From the IMG/VR virus record IMGVR_UViG_3300044637_001305: DNA of 64,000 bases; one strand, 5' to 3'. Both the position numbers and the translations under genes were made by a program. The notes beneath the pieces were generated by a model. That model was given only the letters and a program-made list of their open reading frames with translations, had not been told where the DNA came from and did not search any database. The stretch is from an uncultured virus (IMG/VR IMGVR_UViG_3300044637_001305) (lineage: Duplodnaviria > Heunggongvirae > Uroviricota > Caudoviricetes). Each line of letters opens with the position of its first letter. Position 1 is the first letter of the stretch. Shown one piece after another: positions 9,027-18,354 of this stretch.

Positions 9027-10057
9027 TGAAAGTAATAATAACACAAAAACAACTTCAACAAATTAGAGAAAACGCATCTAAAAAATTTAGTTGTGAGGGT
9101 AAGAATTGTGAACATTCTTGGGAGATAGAAAAAAAAGACGAACATCCCTATCTATGTCATATGTGTGGTTATGATTCTGCAAAAGAAAAACATAACTACG
9201 ACGAACTTGAAAACTTTTGGAAGAACTATAAAAAAGAAGAAGAGGTTACAGAAAAGTGGTCAGAGAAATATAAAAAAAGTATTAACTGTAGTAACCCAAA
9301 AGGTTTTTCTCAAAGAGCACATTGTCAAGGAAGAAAAAAGAATTTAAAAGAAGAATTTGAAAAAGAACAATTATTCAAAGAAGTTATTGAAAGAGATGTG
9401 AATGAATATGCATCAAACTATGAGTGGTGTGATGGAATAGAAATTGACATAAGAGAAACTAATTGGTTAACTGAAAAACAAAAACCTGTTTATGAATACA
9501 AAATAAAATTCAAAAACACTTCAATGGTTAGTTATAAAGAACAAGAAAATTTGTTTGATGATATTATGTTTGTTCATACCATGTATTTTCCTATAGAAGA
9601 AAGTGATGTTGATTGTTACATGTCAGTAAAATCAGTTTACCCTAATGGTGATGAAGGAGCATTTCCTTATAGTTATGATAATTATAATGAACAAATAACA
9701 GAATCGGAAGAAAAAGAAGATAAACTAAAAATAAGTGGTTACGACTTAGATAAAATAAAACAAGCCCTTCAAATGTTATCTCAAGTTTCTGAATCTGTTG
9801 GAGAATTTGTTCCATTAGAATTTAAACTTTATGGGTATCAGTTAAGAACCAACGATTTTGGTAAAAGACTAGATCTATATATTGATGTTGATAAAGATGG
9901 TGATGTTTATAATACTATGAGTAGAATTTGGTATGAAATAGGGCAGCAGTTATTAGAAATATTTCAAATGTTAGGGATTAGAGATGAAAGATATATGAAA
10001 CCTATGTATGATTTTAAATTTAATAAAAGACCACTATATAATATTGAAACTGTTTGA
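9026..10057 (+). CDS. Modular leader-bearing protein (Zn ribbon + KWSEKY micro-domain + two acidic modules)
   Basis: MKVIITQKQL leader; CEGKNC...HPYLCHMCGYD; KWSEKYKKSINCSNPKGFSQRAHC; modules bounded by IRE, VTE, LKE and ITE. Confidence 0.75.
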   Translation: MKVIITQKQLQQIRENASKKFSCEGKNCEHSWEIEKKDEHPYLCHMCGYDSAKEKHNYDELENFWKNYKKEEEVTEKWSEKYKKSINCSNPKGFSQRAHCQGRKKNLKEEFEKEQLFKEVIERDVNEYASNYEWCDGIEIDIRETNWLTEKQKPVYEYKIKFKNTSMVSYKEQENLFDDIMFVHTMYFPIEESDVDCYMSVKSVYPNGDEGAFPYSYDNYNEQITESEEKEDKLKISGYDLDKIKQALQMLSQVSESVGEFVPLEFKLYGYQLRTNDFGKRLDLYIDVDKDGDVYNTMSRIWYEIGQQLLEIFQMLGIRDERYMKPMYDFKFNKRPLYNIETV

Positions 10058-10084
10058 TTATTCAAAAAAGAATTTATATATTTG
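10053..10084 (+). promoter_or_regulatory. Bacteroidota sigma-A promoter
   Basis: TTTG(10053-56)-N20-TATATTTG(10077-84). Confidence 0.75.
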
Positions 10085-10119
10085 TACTATTATAAATCAT
10101 TTAAAAATAAACAAAAATT

Positions 10120-10371
10120 ATGGCAACAAAATCAGGAAACAAAGGACGTTACATTTGCAAAGTTGGTTATTTAGACATCTACGCTAAAGATAGTTTAAAA
10201 CCTAAAAAAGAAACTAAATATAAGTTTGTTAAGGCGGATGTTAAATCTACGGTTTATAACATTTTACATGGTAAAAAACTGACAACCGCTAATCTAAAAA
10301 CAAAAGATGAAGCAGTTGCCAAGGCGATAGAATTGATGGGTGATAAGGCGGCACTTTACGGGTTAATTTAA
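10120..10371 (+). CDS. Small basic protein, monocistronic
   Basis: 83 aa, Lys-rich, with its own promoter and terminator. Confidence 0.75.
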   Translation: MATKSGNKGRYICKVGYLDIYAKDSLKPKKETKYKFVKADVKSTVYNILHGKKLTTANLKTKDEAVAKAIELMGDKAALYGLI

Positions 10372-10390
10372 ACCCATCTAATATATAGTA

Positions 10391-10421
10391 AAAAGGTCAG
10401 GACGAACTCCTGACTTTTTTT
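10391..10421 (+). terminator. Intrinsic terminator
   Basis: GTCAGGA-CGAAC-TCCTGAC stem-loop followed by a T run. Confidence 0.85.
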
Positions 10422-10442
10422 GTTTTTTTAGTATTTATTATT

Positions 10443-11954
10443 ATGGAGTTTAAAAAACGTGATTTATTGGTAGAAGACAATAGTGAAGAGGGAATCTTTA
10501 AAAAAGTGATGTCTAAATTAAAAGACGTTAAAGATAGGGCGCAATCCGAAATAAAAGAAACAAGAGCGTTAGTTAGAATATTAACTCACGCAGTAAAATC
10601 ATACGCAAAAGATAGAGAATTTGATTTAAACAAGGAAGATAAAGATTTTATCAAAGGACAATCCGCCGATGTTATAAGAACATTAGTTTTAACTATTGTT
10701 GCTATAATACCAATACCAATTCCATTAACACCATTTCTAATTATATTTGGAAAAAAAATCGGAATAGATTTAACACCAAAAGAACAAGTGATACCTGATA
10801 AAGGAAAACCAAAAAAAGATAAGATAGAAGAATCAAAAAAATTAAACATTATAATATCGGAAGAACAATATAATATTTTAAACGAAGTTGTTAAACCAAA
10901 AAATATTATATTATCGCTTTGTAAAAGACAAAAAGAACGAAACATATATTGTGATTTATATGATTTTTATTTAACTCTTGATCCTGAAAATACACAACCG
11001 ACTTTAGAGGCCACAATTGAAGAATTAAACGACTATTTTAAATACAAAAAAGTTGGTATGTTTCCAATACTTGTTAAATTAGCTCTTCAGAATAAAGAAA
11101 AAACTGTATCATATTTAAAACTGATTTCTGAATTTATAGATAGAAAACAATTTGATAAGACAGAAACAAAAAGAATAATAAACAAACAAAGAAACAGGAC
11201 GGATATTTCAGTTAAAGATGTTGAACAATTGGCTAAAGATGCCAGAAGATTAGAACATCAAAAATATGAAGAAAGGTTTCACGGAGACTATTTCAAAAAG
11301 AAATCAACATTTTTAAGACTAAATTATTCTTGTGATGATGATGTTAAAGAGAGTTTGTTCAATATTCTTACAAGAGTTGGCTCAAAAGAAAGGACAATAG
11401 ATGAAGTTTTTGAACAAGTAAAAAGATGTATTTTACAAACATTTGATAAAGGAATATATTATGTCAAGGCGGATTTAGAATCCACATCAAATTTTGTTTG
11501 TAGTGGAGAAACAATTTTTAATGCCGGCAGCAACTTTGAGGTTAAAAAAATGGATCCATTTGTTGATAGTTATTTATCTGAATTTTTATCAATCTTCAAA
11601 GAAACAGAAAAAATTCAATTTAAAGGAGAATACATAGGAATTTATAATGAGTTAATTCAAAGATTATATGAATGGCTTATTTCTTCAGAAGAGGCTAATG
11701 CGTATATAGAAAAGGTGAAGTCTCAAATAACAGGAATCATTTACGAAAATGATATAATAGTTCCAATACAATATATAGATTTATACTGGTCTAATAAAGG
11801 TCAAAGAGGTTGTGACGAAAAAAGATTGTCAATAAGATTTAAAATAAAAAATGATGTGGGGAGTGAAATACAAACATATAGATTTATTAATAGTAACGAA
11901 TTATCGCTCGTAACTAAAAAAGTCTCAACATCACAAAAAATAGTTTGCCCATGA
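10443..11954 (+). CDS. Two-module protein with an internal leader copy
   Basis: TATTTAT 10432-38; hydrophobic segment IVAIIPIPIPLTPFLII; internal LNIIISEEQYNILNE at 10842-10886. Confidence 0.75.
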   Translation: MEFKKRDLLVEDNSEEGIFKKVMSKLKDVKDRAQSEIKETRALVRILTHAVKSYAKDREFDLNKEDKDFIKGQSADVIRTLVLTIVAIIPIPIPLTPFLIIFGKKIGIDLTPKEQVIPDKGKPKKDKIEESKKLNIIISEEQYNILNEVVKPKNIILSLCKRQKERNIYCDLYDFYLTLDPENTQPTLEATIEELNDYFKYKKVGMFPILVKLALQNKEKTVSYLKLISEFIDRKQFDKTETKRIINKQRNRTDISVKDVEQLAKDARRLEHQKYEERFHGDYFKKKSTFLRLNYSCDDDVKESLFNILTRVGSKERTIDEVFEQVKRCILQTFDKGIYYVKADLESTSNFVCSGETIFNAGSNFEVKKMDPFVDSYLSEFLSIFKETEKIQFKGEYIGIYNELIQRLYEWLISSEEANAYIEKVKSQITGIIYENDIIVPIQYIDLYWSNKGQRGCDEKRLSIRFKIKNDVGSEIQTYRFINSNELSLVTKKVSTSQKIVCP

Positions 11955-12919
11955 AAATAATATTAACTGAAACACAATATAAAAATTTGATGGAGGGATT
12001 AGCTGATGATGATGTATTCAGAGACACCATTAAAGGTTATGAATCTACAGTTACGGATTCAAGTGGACAACATTATACTTTTGATGATAAAGACCCAAAA
12101 AATCCGAAGACTTTTGTTAAATCATCTGCAGATAAAAAAGGTGGAACATTAACAATTGGTTGGGGACATACAGGGGAAACCGCAAAACCAGGTAAAAAAA
12201 TATCAAATAGTAATGCTGAAGAATTATTAACAAGTGATATAACAAAAGAAGAAAATAAGGCAAAAACAATTTTTCCTAAGTATACTTCATATCCACTATA
12301 TGTACAAAGAGCGTTAGTAAATGCCGTTTATAGGGGAGAAGCGAAAAGTACATATGAATGGGTTAAGTCGGTAAATTCGGGTAAATGGATTACCGCGGCA
12401 AAAGAATATTTAGAAGGTTGGGACATTGATTTTTCTCAAGCAAATAATCCAAAATATAAAGGGGGCGTTGCCGACAGAATGGTTACTAACCAAAAAGCCT
12501 TTGAAAAATACGGAGAAGAATTAAAAAAAGGTAAAACAACCACGACCACCACAAAAAAAGAAACCACCACAACTGAATTAACATATTCAACAGAAGGTAT
12601 AAGTTATATAATGTTAGAAAACGAATTGGCGAGTTTAACTGCCGGAAAGAAATACAAAGTTCACCGATTCCCTAAAGATAGTTTTTTTGATTTTAGATTA
12701 GAAGTTGGTCCATACCCACCATCAAAAAAAGAAGGTAGGTATTTAGTTTTTTTTAGAAATGGTGTTATTAAATGGTATAATGGAAATGAATTCTCAGGAA
12801 GAGGTAGTTGGGGATATAATATAGATCAGAATAAATGGAGAATAATAGGTAAAAATGGAGAAATAAGTTTATCTACCGCTATCAATAATCCCGTTAATAA
12901 TTTTGCAAACGTAGCATAA
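11951..12919 (+). CDS. Leader-bearing phage lysozyme (GH24-like) with C-terminal extension
   Basis: MKIILTETQYKNLME leader; IKGYE...GTLTIGWGH; Thr-rich linker; ATG at 11951 overlaps the upstream TGA. Confidence 0.7.
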   Translation: MKIILTETQYKNLMEGLADDDVFRDTIKGYESTVTDSSGQHYTFDDKDPKNPKTFVKSSADKKGGTLTIGWGHTGETAKPGKKISNSNAEELLTSDITKEENKAKTIFPKYTSYPLYVQRALVNAVYRGEAKSTYEWVKSVNSGKWITAAKEYLEGWDIDFSQANNPKYKGGVADRMVTNQKAFEKYGEELKKGKTTTTTTKKETTTTELTYSTEGISYIMLENELASLTAGKKYKVHRFPKDSFFDFRLEVGPYPPSKKEGRYLVFFRNGVIKWYNGNEFSGRGSWGYNIDQNKWRIIGKNGEISLSTAINNPVNNFANVA

Positions 12920-13489
12920 ATGAAAGTAATACTAACTGAAGCACAATATAGAAGACTCACTGAGGAAAACCTTAGAGAGTTTTTGTATTCATTTTGGGAC
13001 AACCAAAAAAGACAAGGTGAAGACCCATCTTTAGATGACATTATATTTCAGGTTACCAACATTATAAAAGGTAGTAGCGATGACCACAGAACAATTAGAC
13101 CAATATGGTATGAATATAATGGAGGGTATGATGTGTTACTAAAAAAAATAGATGAAGAATTTTTAAATAAAGAGTTTCATTTAGAGGGTAGTGAAAATCT
13201 TAAAATGGATTTCAAAATTGATGGTATTGAATCATATGGTGAAGACGTATATGGTGGAATGGTTGACATTATTTGTCAAATATTGGATGGAACTGTTGAT
13301 GGAAACTTTTATAATCAAGAAACTGAAGAGATGGAAATGGTTCCTAACATGTATATTGGAGATCAATACGCCGAATTAGAATACGATACAGGAGATTTTG
13401 AAACTTTTTTAAGAGACGAGATACAAAGTTTTTTGGATCCCATAATGGAAAGGTATGGAATACCTTATCATCTTGAAATGCTTGTATAA
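12920..13489 (+). CDS. Leader-bearing acidic protein
   Basis: MKVILTEAQYRRLTE leader; distant paralog of 13489. Confidence 0.75.
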   Translation: MKVILTEAQYRRLTEENLREFLYSFWDNQKRQGEDPSLDDIIFQVTNIIKGSSDDHRTIRPIWYEYNGGYDVLLKKIDEEFLNKEFHLEGSENLKMDFKIDGIESYGEDVYGGMVDIICQILDGTVDGNFYNQETEEMEMVPNMYIGDQYAELEYDTGDFETFLRDEIQSFLDPIMERYGIPYHLEMLV

Positions 13490-14040
13490 TGAAAATAATA
13501 ATAACAGAAAGACAGTATAAGATTTTAGAATCACAACAAGACGACGATCGTGTTGCGATGAAAGCACTTCACATTATTTGGCAAGATGAAATCGATTCAA
13601 CAGGAGAAATTGATTTTGATCCAAAGATTGTAGATTACATAGGTTATAGACCAAAAGGAGGAGTTCATGAAATGTATAGAGACTTTCTTGGTGGTTGGGA
13701 CAATATGGTTGAAAAATCATATGAACTAATGGATAGGACTTTTGATACTATGGATTATGATTTTAGGGGAGGATATGATTTTAGATTCACAGTCCAAGGT
13801 AATAATGACTATGAAGAAGATAATTCAACATATGTTGATTGTCCAATTAAAAGTGACGGAAAAGTAACATTAATGACAGATGGTGAAACACATTTGTTAA
13901 GTGAACTTGAAGAAAATTATGATATGTGGTGGGAAGTTGAAAGTGAGATTAGATCACTGATTGAAGATATTTTATATAAAGAAGTTACAAAGAAAACAGG
14001 AATACTTGTTGAAGTAAATATGTGTTGGATAAAAGAATGA
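13489..14040 (+). CDS. Leader-bearing acidic protein
   Basis: MKIIITERQYKILE leader. Confidence 0.75.
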   Translation: MKIIITERQYKILESQQDDDRVAMKALHIIWQDEIDSTGEIDFDPKIVDYIGYRPKGGVHEMYRDFLGGWDNMVEKSYELMDRTFDTMDYDFRGGYDFRFTVQGNNDYEEDNSTYVDCPIKSDGKVTLMTDGETHLLSELEENYDMWWEVESEIRSLIEDILYKEVTKKTGILVEVNMCWIKE

Positions 14041-14441
14041 AAATAATAATAACAGAAAGTCAGTATAAAATGTTGTTGGAATCAAATACAGATTCCATGC
14101 AAAGTCTTATTGACATGGCTTTTGATCAGGTAAAAGAAAATTGTGAAGGTGGGTATTATATTAGATCACATCAAAATCTTATTTGTGACCCTGTAGATAT
14201 GATTGAAGAAATTAAAGTAGTGGACGTATCAAAAGTAACATCTATGGATTATTTTGAAAAAAATAAAATGGATGTTATACACATAAAAGTTAATTGTTAT
14301 GTTGACTCAATATACGAATATAACAATTTAGATAACTTTATTTATGAACTACAAGCAGAGGCAAGAAACATTATTGGTGGTAGATTCATTACTATAGAAA
14401 TAGGAGAAATAATTAATAAAAGAAAAGACTTCAATTGGTAA
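14037..14441 (+). CDS. Leader-bearing protein
   Basis: Start re-assigned to ATG 14037 (ATGA overlap); MKIIITESQYKMLLE leader. Confidence 0.75.
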   Translation: MKIIITESQYKMLLESNTDSMQSLIDMAFDQVKENCEGGYYIRSHQNLICDPVDMIEEIKVVDVSKVTSMDYFEKNKMDVIHIKVNCYVDSIYEYNNLDNFIYELQAEARNIIGGRFITIEIGEIINKRKDFNW

Positions 14442-14815
14442 TGAAAATAATAATAACAGAATATCAGTATAACTTACTTCAAGAAACCTTTGGTAGGGAT
14501 AGGTTTGATGCTGAATATGCCGACGAATACCCAAAGTATAAAGGTATGTTTATTAACTTAATTAAAATGGAAATCACCGCATCGGGACAGACGGAAGATT
14601 CTATATTATTGGGTGATTCGGATGGTAAAATTTTGGTTAGTTATAGGAAACCTAGTCGTACTCTTTATTATGATTATAATTGGGGTGAAGATATTGAAAA
14701 GTTAATGCCTTGGCATATTTATAATAGACATTTTAAATATGCATTATTTGATTTTTTTAAATCAATTTTTCCTGATGCTGCAATAAAAGAAGTAAGAGGT
14801 GCTCACGTAGCGTAA
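14441..14815 (+). CDS. Leader-bearing protein
   Basis: Start re-assigned to 14441 (TAATG overlap); MKIIITEYQYNLLQE leader. Confidence 0.75.
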   Translation: MKIIITEYQYNLLQETFGRDRFDAEYADEYPKYKGMFINLIKMEITASGQTEDSILLGDSDGKILVSYRKPSRTLYYDYNWGEDIEKLMPWHIYNRHFKYALFDFFKSIFPDAAIKEVRGAHVA

Positions 14816-14823
14816 TATTAAAT

Positions 14824-15435
14824 ATGAAAATAATAATAACAGAAGAACAATTTAATAAGTTACAAGAAAGTGACAAGGATTTTAACAAAACAAAAACTCT
14901 TGTCAACTCTATGTTTGAACAAGGATATAGTATTGATGACATACTTAAATTTACTGGTTTAGATAAAGATGTTGTTATAGTGTTATTTTATGACCGTGAA
15001 ATTATAAAAGACCAAATAGAAGAAAGTATAGATAAATATGAATACTTATATCACTTACTTTGGGATGGTGAATTATTAAATAAAACACACAAATACGAAG
15101 ACGGATCAATTGCTATTATTGGGTTTGATCGTTTTTCGGGGTCAATTCATTTTAATTATTTGTCAGAAGGTTATGAACTAAGAGGTTATGCGACGTTATT
15201 TTGGGAGTATGACCCAAAGTTACCAATAGATATTAGTCAGTTTTTTGATATTGATGATACTGAATATGATGTGGATGGTTCTGAACACTCAAGTGTCGAT
15301 TTAAGAACAGATGAAAAATTTAATAATATTAGAACATTAAGACAGTTAGTTGATTATTTTAATAATGATTATTATATTATGTTAAAAGAAGAATTGGATC
15401 CTTTATTAAAAAGATGTATAAAATACTATTTATAA
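14824..15435 (+). CDS. Leader-bearing acidic protein
   Basis: MKIIITEEQFNKLQE leader. Confidence 0.75.
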   Translation: MKIIITEEQFNKLQESDKDFNKTKTLVNSMFEQGYSIDDILKFTGLDKDVVIVLFYDREIIKDQIEESIDKYEYLYHLLWDGELLNKTHKYEDGSIAIIGFDRFSGSIHFNYLSEGYELRGYATLFWEYDPKLPIDISQFFDIDDTEYDVDGSEHSSVDLRTDEKFNNIRTLRQLVDYFNNDYYIMLKEELDPLLKRCIKYYL

Positions 15436-15437
15436 CT

Positions 15438-15695
15438 ATGAAAACCTATAGACAAAACCTTAATCTTTGGTTAGAACAAAAAAAGAACTCAAGTGAGAAC
15501 AATGAGATTAAAAACATTTTATCTGAAGTTCAAAAACATATTAAAAACATTGAAAAAGAGGAAGAACATATGGTTAATAACGCATATGAATCTGGATATT
15601 ACGATAAGGAGTTAAATAGAGGTAAAAAAGGAAATTATTACCAACAAAACTTCAAAATGCATGATAAACTTAAACAATTATTAAATTTAAATTAA
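15438..15695 (+). CDS. Hypothetical protein
   Basis: Likely start ATG 15438, just after the upstream stop. Confidence 0.65.
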   Translation: MKTYRQNLNLWLEQKKNSSENNEIKNILSEVQKHIKNIEKEEEHMVNNAYESGYYDKELNRGKKGNYYQQNFKMHDKLKQLLNLN

Positions 15696-15696
15696 A

Positions 15697-16011
15697 ATGG
15701 AAATAACTACACAAGAATTAGAACAAAAAATACAAAACGGAGAAAAGGTAATAGTAGAGATGTGGGCACCTTGGTGTGGTCCTTGTAGAATGTTAAAACC
15801 TGTATTTGAAAAAGTTGCTCAAAACAATGATACTGATGTTCAAATGTATACATTAAACATTGATGAAAATAGAGACACTGCTATTAAATACGGAGTGAGA
15901 AGTATACCAACAATTAAAGTTTTTGATGGAGGAGAGGTTAAAGAAACCAGAGTTGGTGTGATTGCAGAACAAAGTATTAAAGAATTAGTTTCAAACCTTT
16001 TATTAAATTAA
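15697..16011 (+). CDS. trxA: Thioredoxin
   Basis: WAPWCGPC active site and cis-Pro motif VRSIPT. Confidence 0.95.
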   Translation: MEITTQELEQKIQNGEKVIVEMWAPWCGPCRMLKPVFEKVAQNNDTDVQMYTLNIDENRDTAIKYGVRSIPTIKVFDGGEVKETRVGVIAEQSIKELVSNLLLN

Positions 16012-16015
16012 TTAT

Positions 16016-16183
16016 ATGAAAAAACTTTTTGTAACAATAACTTTATTTTGTATTTTAGCATCCTGTAAATCATCTAAAGCAAATTGTGAAGCATATGGAA
16101 ACAACACAAATCAAACTGACAAAAATAGAAGTGACGATCCAAGAAATGTGGGCGGCGACTCGACCTATCATACAAAAAAGTAA
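16016..16183 (+). CDS. Small lipoprotein (55 aa, absent from the ORF track)
   Basis: MKKLFVTITLFCILAS-C lipobox followed by KSSKANCEAYG. Confidence 0.7.
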   Translation: MKKLFVTITLFCILASCKSSKANCEAYGNNTNQTDKNRSDDPRNVGGDSTYHTKK

Positions 16184-16220
16184 AAAAGAATACTCTCGTA
16201 AAGAAAAACATAAGAAAAAG

Positions 16221-16252
16221 TTTGGAAGTTTAGATTAGATTACATATCTTTG
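16221..16252 (+). promoter_or_regulatory. Bacteroidota sigma-A promoter
   Basis: TTTG(16221-24)-N20-TATCTTTG(16245-52). Confidence 0.8.
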
Positions 16253-16276
16253 TATCACAAATAAACCGATAAACAT

Positions 16277-17029
16277 ATGATGAACTTAGAACAACTTAAA
16301 AAACAGGCACCTTCAGTATTCGCTACACAAGCGTCACCTTCAGTATCTAACCAATACGTATTCGTCCCTACAATGGATATTTTGGAGAACTTCCAAAACG
16401 CAGGATGGGAAATTGCATCCGCAAGACAAACAGGTAGAACACAATACGGAGTACATGAAATCCGTTTACGTAACGGAGAATTACCAAAGGTAGGTGACAC
16501 GTTGGTTGAAGCAATCATCCGTAACTCTCACAACGGTATGTCAACTCTTAGTGTGAGTGCTGGACTACACCGACTTGTATGTTCAAACGGACTTACAGTA
16601 CCAACATCAACGGCAGAGTCATTCAGGGTAAAACACCAAAGATTTGAACTTGACGACGTTAAAAGACTTACAGAGTCATTCGCATCTAAACTACCAAAGA
16701 TTGAGATGTCAGTAAATCGCATGATGGAGAAAGAACTATCTACTGATGAGAAGATTGATTTTTTACGTAAGTCTACAGAGGTGAGATTTGGTCAAAACAA
16801 AGTATTGACGGATTTAGAAATGGTTGGTCTATTAGCACCAAACAGAAAAGAAGACGAGGGGGACGATTTGTGGAGAGTATTAAATGTAGTACAAGAGAAG
16901 TTCGTCAGAGGAGGGGTGGAAATGTCATCACCAAAAGGACGAAGAACTAAACTCAGAGGTCTACAAAACATAATGGCCCTAAACAAAGTGAATACAAAAC
17001 TTTGGGAGTTGGCCGAGGAAATGATATAA
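16277..17029 (+). CDS. DUF932/DUF945 domain protein
   Basis: APSVFA, Y.FVPT, NSHNG.S, RLVCSNGL and DLW.V.NVVQE motifs. Confidence 0.85.
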   Translation: MMNLEQLKKQAPSVFATQASPSVSNQYVFVPTMDILENFQNAGWEIASARQTGRTQYGVHEIRLRNGELPKVGDTLVEAIIRNSHNGMSTLSVSAGLHRLVCSNGLTVPTSTAESFRVKHQRFELDDVKRLTESFASKLPKIEMSVNRMMEKELSTDEKIDFLRKSTEVRFGQNKVLTDLEMVGLLAPNRKEDEGDDLWRVLNVVQEKFVRGGVEMSSPKGRRTKLRGLQNIMALNKVNTKLWELAEEMI

Positions 17030-17030
17030 A

Positions 17031-17065
17031 AAGAAATGGGGGTCAATGACCCCCATTTTTGTTTT
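17031..17065. terminator. Bidirectional intrinsic terminator
   Basis: AAATGGGGGTC-AAT-GACCCCCATTT between convergent genes. Confidence 0.85.
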
Positions 17066-17072
17066 AATTTTA

Positions 17073-17357
17073 TTAAAGGTTTTTCAAAACCATCTCTAAA
17101 GAATAGATAGACTCTTTATCTTGTTTGGTCTTAACTTTCTTTGACTTTAAGTAATTTAAAGACTCAAGAAGTTCATCTTTTTTATTTTTAACAGGAACAG
17201 AAGTAACAGACATTGAGTTTTCTACCTGTGTATAAACAGGTTTTTCAACATAAACAACTTCAGTTTGTTTTGGGTATAAGGTGTTATAAACCTCTAATGC
17301 TGTTTTAGCATGACGAGTGGTGCAACGAATAACAAGGTATTTTAATAGTTCTTTCAT
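17073..17357 (-). CDS. Hypothetical protein
   Basis: 94 aa; minus-strand TATCTTTG at 17369-17362, 4 nt before the ATG. Confidence 0.7.
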   Translation of the reverse strand: MKELLKYLVIRCTTRHAKTALEVYNTLYPKQTEVVYVEKPVYTQVENSMSVTSVPVKNKKDELLESLNYLKSKKVKTKQDKESIYSLEMVLKNL

Positions 17358-17381
17358 ACCTCAAAGATACAAAAAAACAAT

Positions 17382-17504
17382 CTATTTACCTAACTCTTCT
17401 TTATATTTTTGAAGTAATTTATTGTTGTTTTCAATAAGTCTAAGTGTCTTTAAAATACTTTTTCTTGACTTACCTTTTTTTCCTTCTTTTCTTGCCTTTG
17501 CCAT
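17382..17504 (-). CDS. Very basic 40-aa protein (absent from the ORF track)
   Basis: MAKARKEGKKGKSRKSILKTLRLIENNNKLLQKYKEELGK; minus-strand TATTTAT at 17528-17522. Confidence 0.6.
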   Translation of the reverse strand: MAKARKEGKKGKSRKSILKTLRLIENNNKLLQKYKEELGK

Positions 17505-17552
17505 TTTACTTTATTTTAGTTATAAATACTTTTAAAGTAATATTTATTATTT

Positions 17553-17966
17553 ATGAGACGACTAATTAAAGAAAACGAAGATAAAAAAGAAAGAGTATCA
17601 GAGTCCATACAAACTCTAATTCATATTATTGAGGTAAATAAAAAAAGTAAATTTATTGAATCATTAGAGTTGGGTGATGTTTATGTATCCGATAGGTATG
17701 ATACTATAGAAGCAGGTATAAAAGTTATGGGTTATTGTGAAGATCCCGATCTTGGAGAACTATCTAAAATATTAAAAGATATTGATAATGATATATACCG
17801 TATAGTTAGAGACTACGAGTTAGATAAAGAAGGTAATATTAAAAGATGTCCTCCTAATGACACATATTTAATGTTTATGGCGGAGTCTGTTAATTGGAGT
17901 ATGAGAGACAATAACATAGAAATGGGTTTCCATATTGTTCAAGACGAATTTAGAGATGATGAATAG
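17553..17966 (+). CDS. Leader-bearing acidic protein
   Basis: TATTTAT 17541-47; MRRLIKE leader. Confidence 0.7.
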   Translation: MRRLIKENEDKKERVSESIQTLIHIIEVNKKSKFIESLELGDVYVSDRYDTIEAGIKVMGYCEDPDLGELSKILKDIDNDIYRIVRDYELDKEGNIKRCPPNDTYLMFMAESVNWSMRDNNIEMGFHIVQDEFRDDE

Positions 17967-18351
17967 ATTAATTAAAAAAATATTAAAAGAGGAACTTCAA
18001 GGACAGGAGTTTATCGATAACCATTATAAGGAGTTAGATAGATTAAAAGGTATGGAGGATCATATTATTGATTATCTCCATTCTGAATTTCCTAACTTAG
18101 TTGAAGTGGAAACAAGAATGAAAAAAGTACAATTAGGGTCGATGAAGTTAGGGATGGAAAATCCTATTGTTGAAGTAATTGTGGTAACATTAAAATTTAA
18201 GGACTTATCTGAATATGAAATGAGAGCGTTATCCCCACCAATAAAAGAAGACATCATAAACATTTTTACCAACTATTTTGGTTTTGATGTTATGGCTTAC
18301 GGGTCACCCATTGAATTAGAATTCAAGGCACAAGCTTGGGTTAATTTTTAA
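17959..18351 (+). CDS. Leader-bearing protein
   Basis: MNRLIKKILKEE leader (start 17956 or 17959). Confidence 0.7.
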   Translation: MNRLIKKILKEELQGQEFIDNHYKELDRLKGMEDHIIDYLHSEFPNLVEVETRMKKVQLGSMKLGMENPIVEVIVVTLKFKDLSEYEMRALSPPIKEDIINIFTNYFGFDVMAYGSPIELEFKAQAWVNF

Positions 18352-18354
18352 CAA

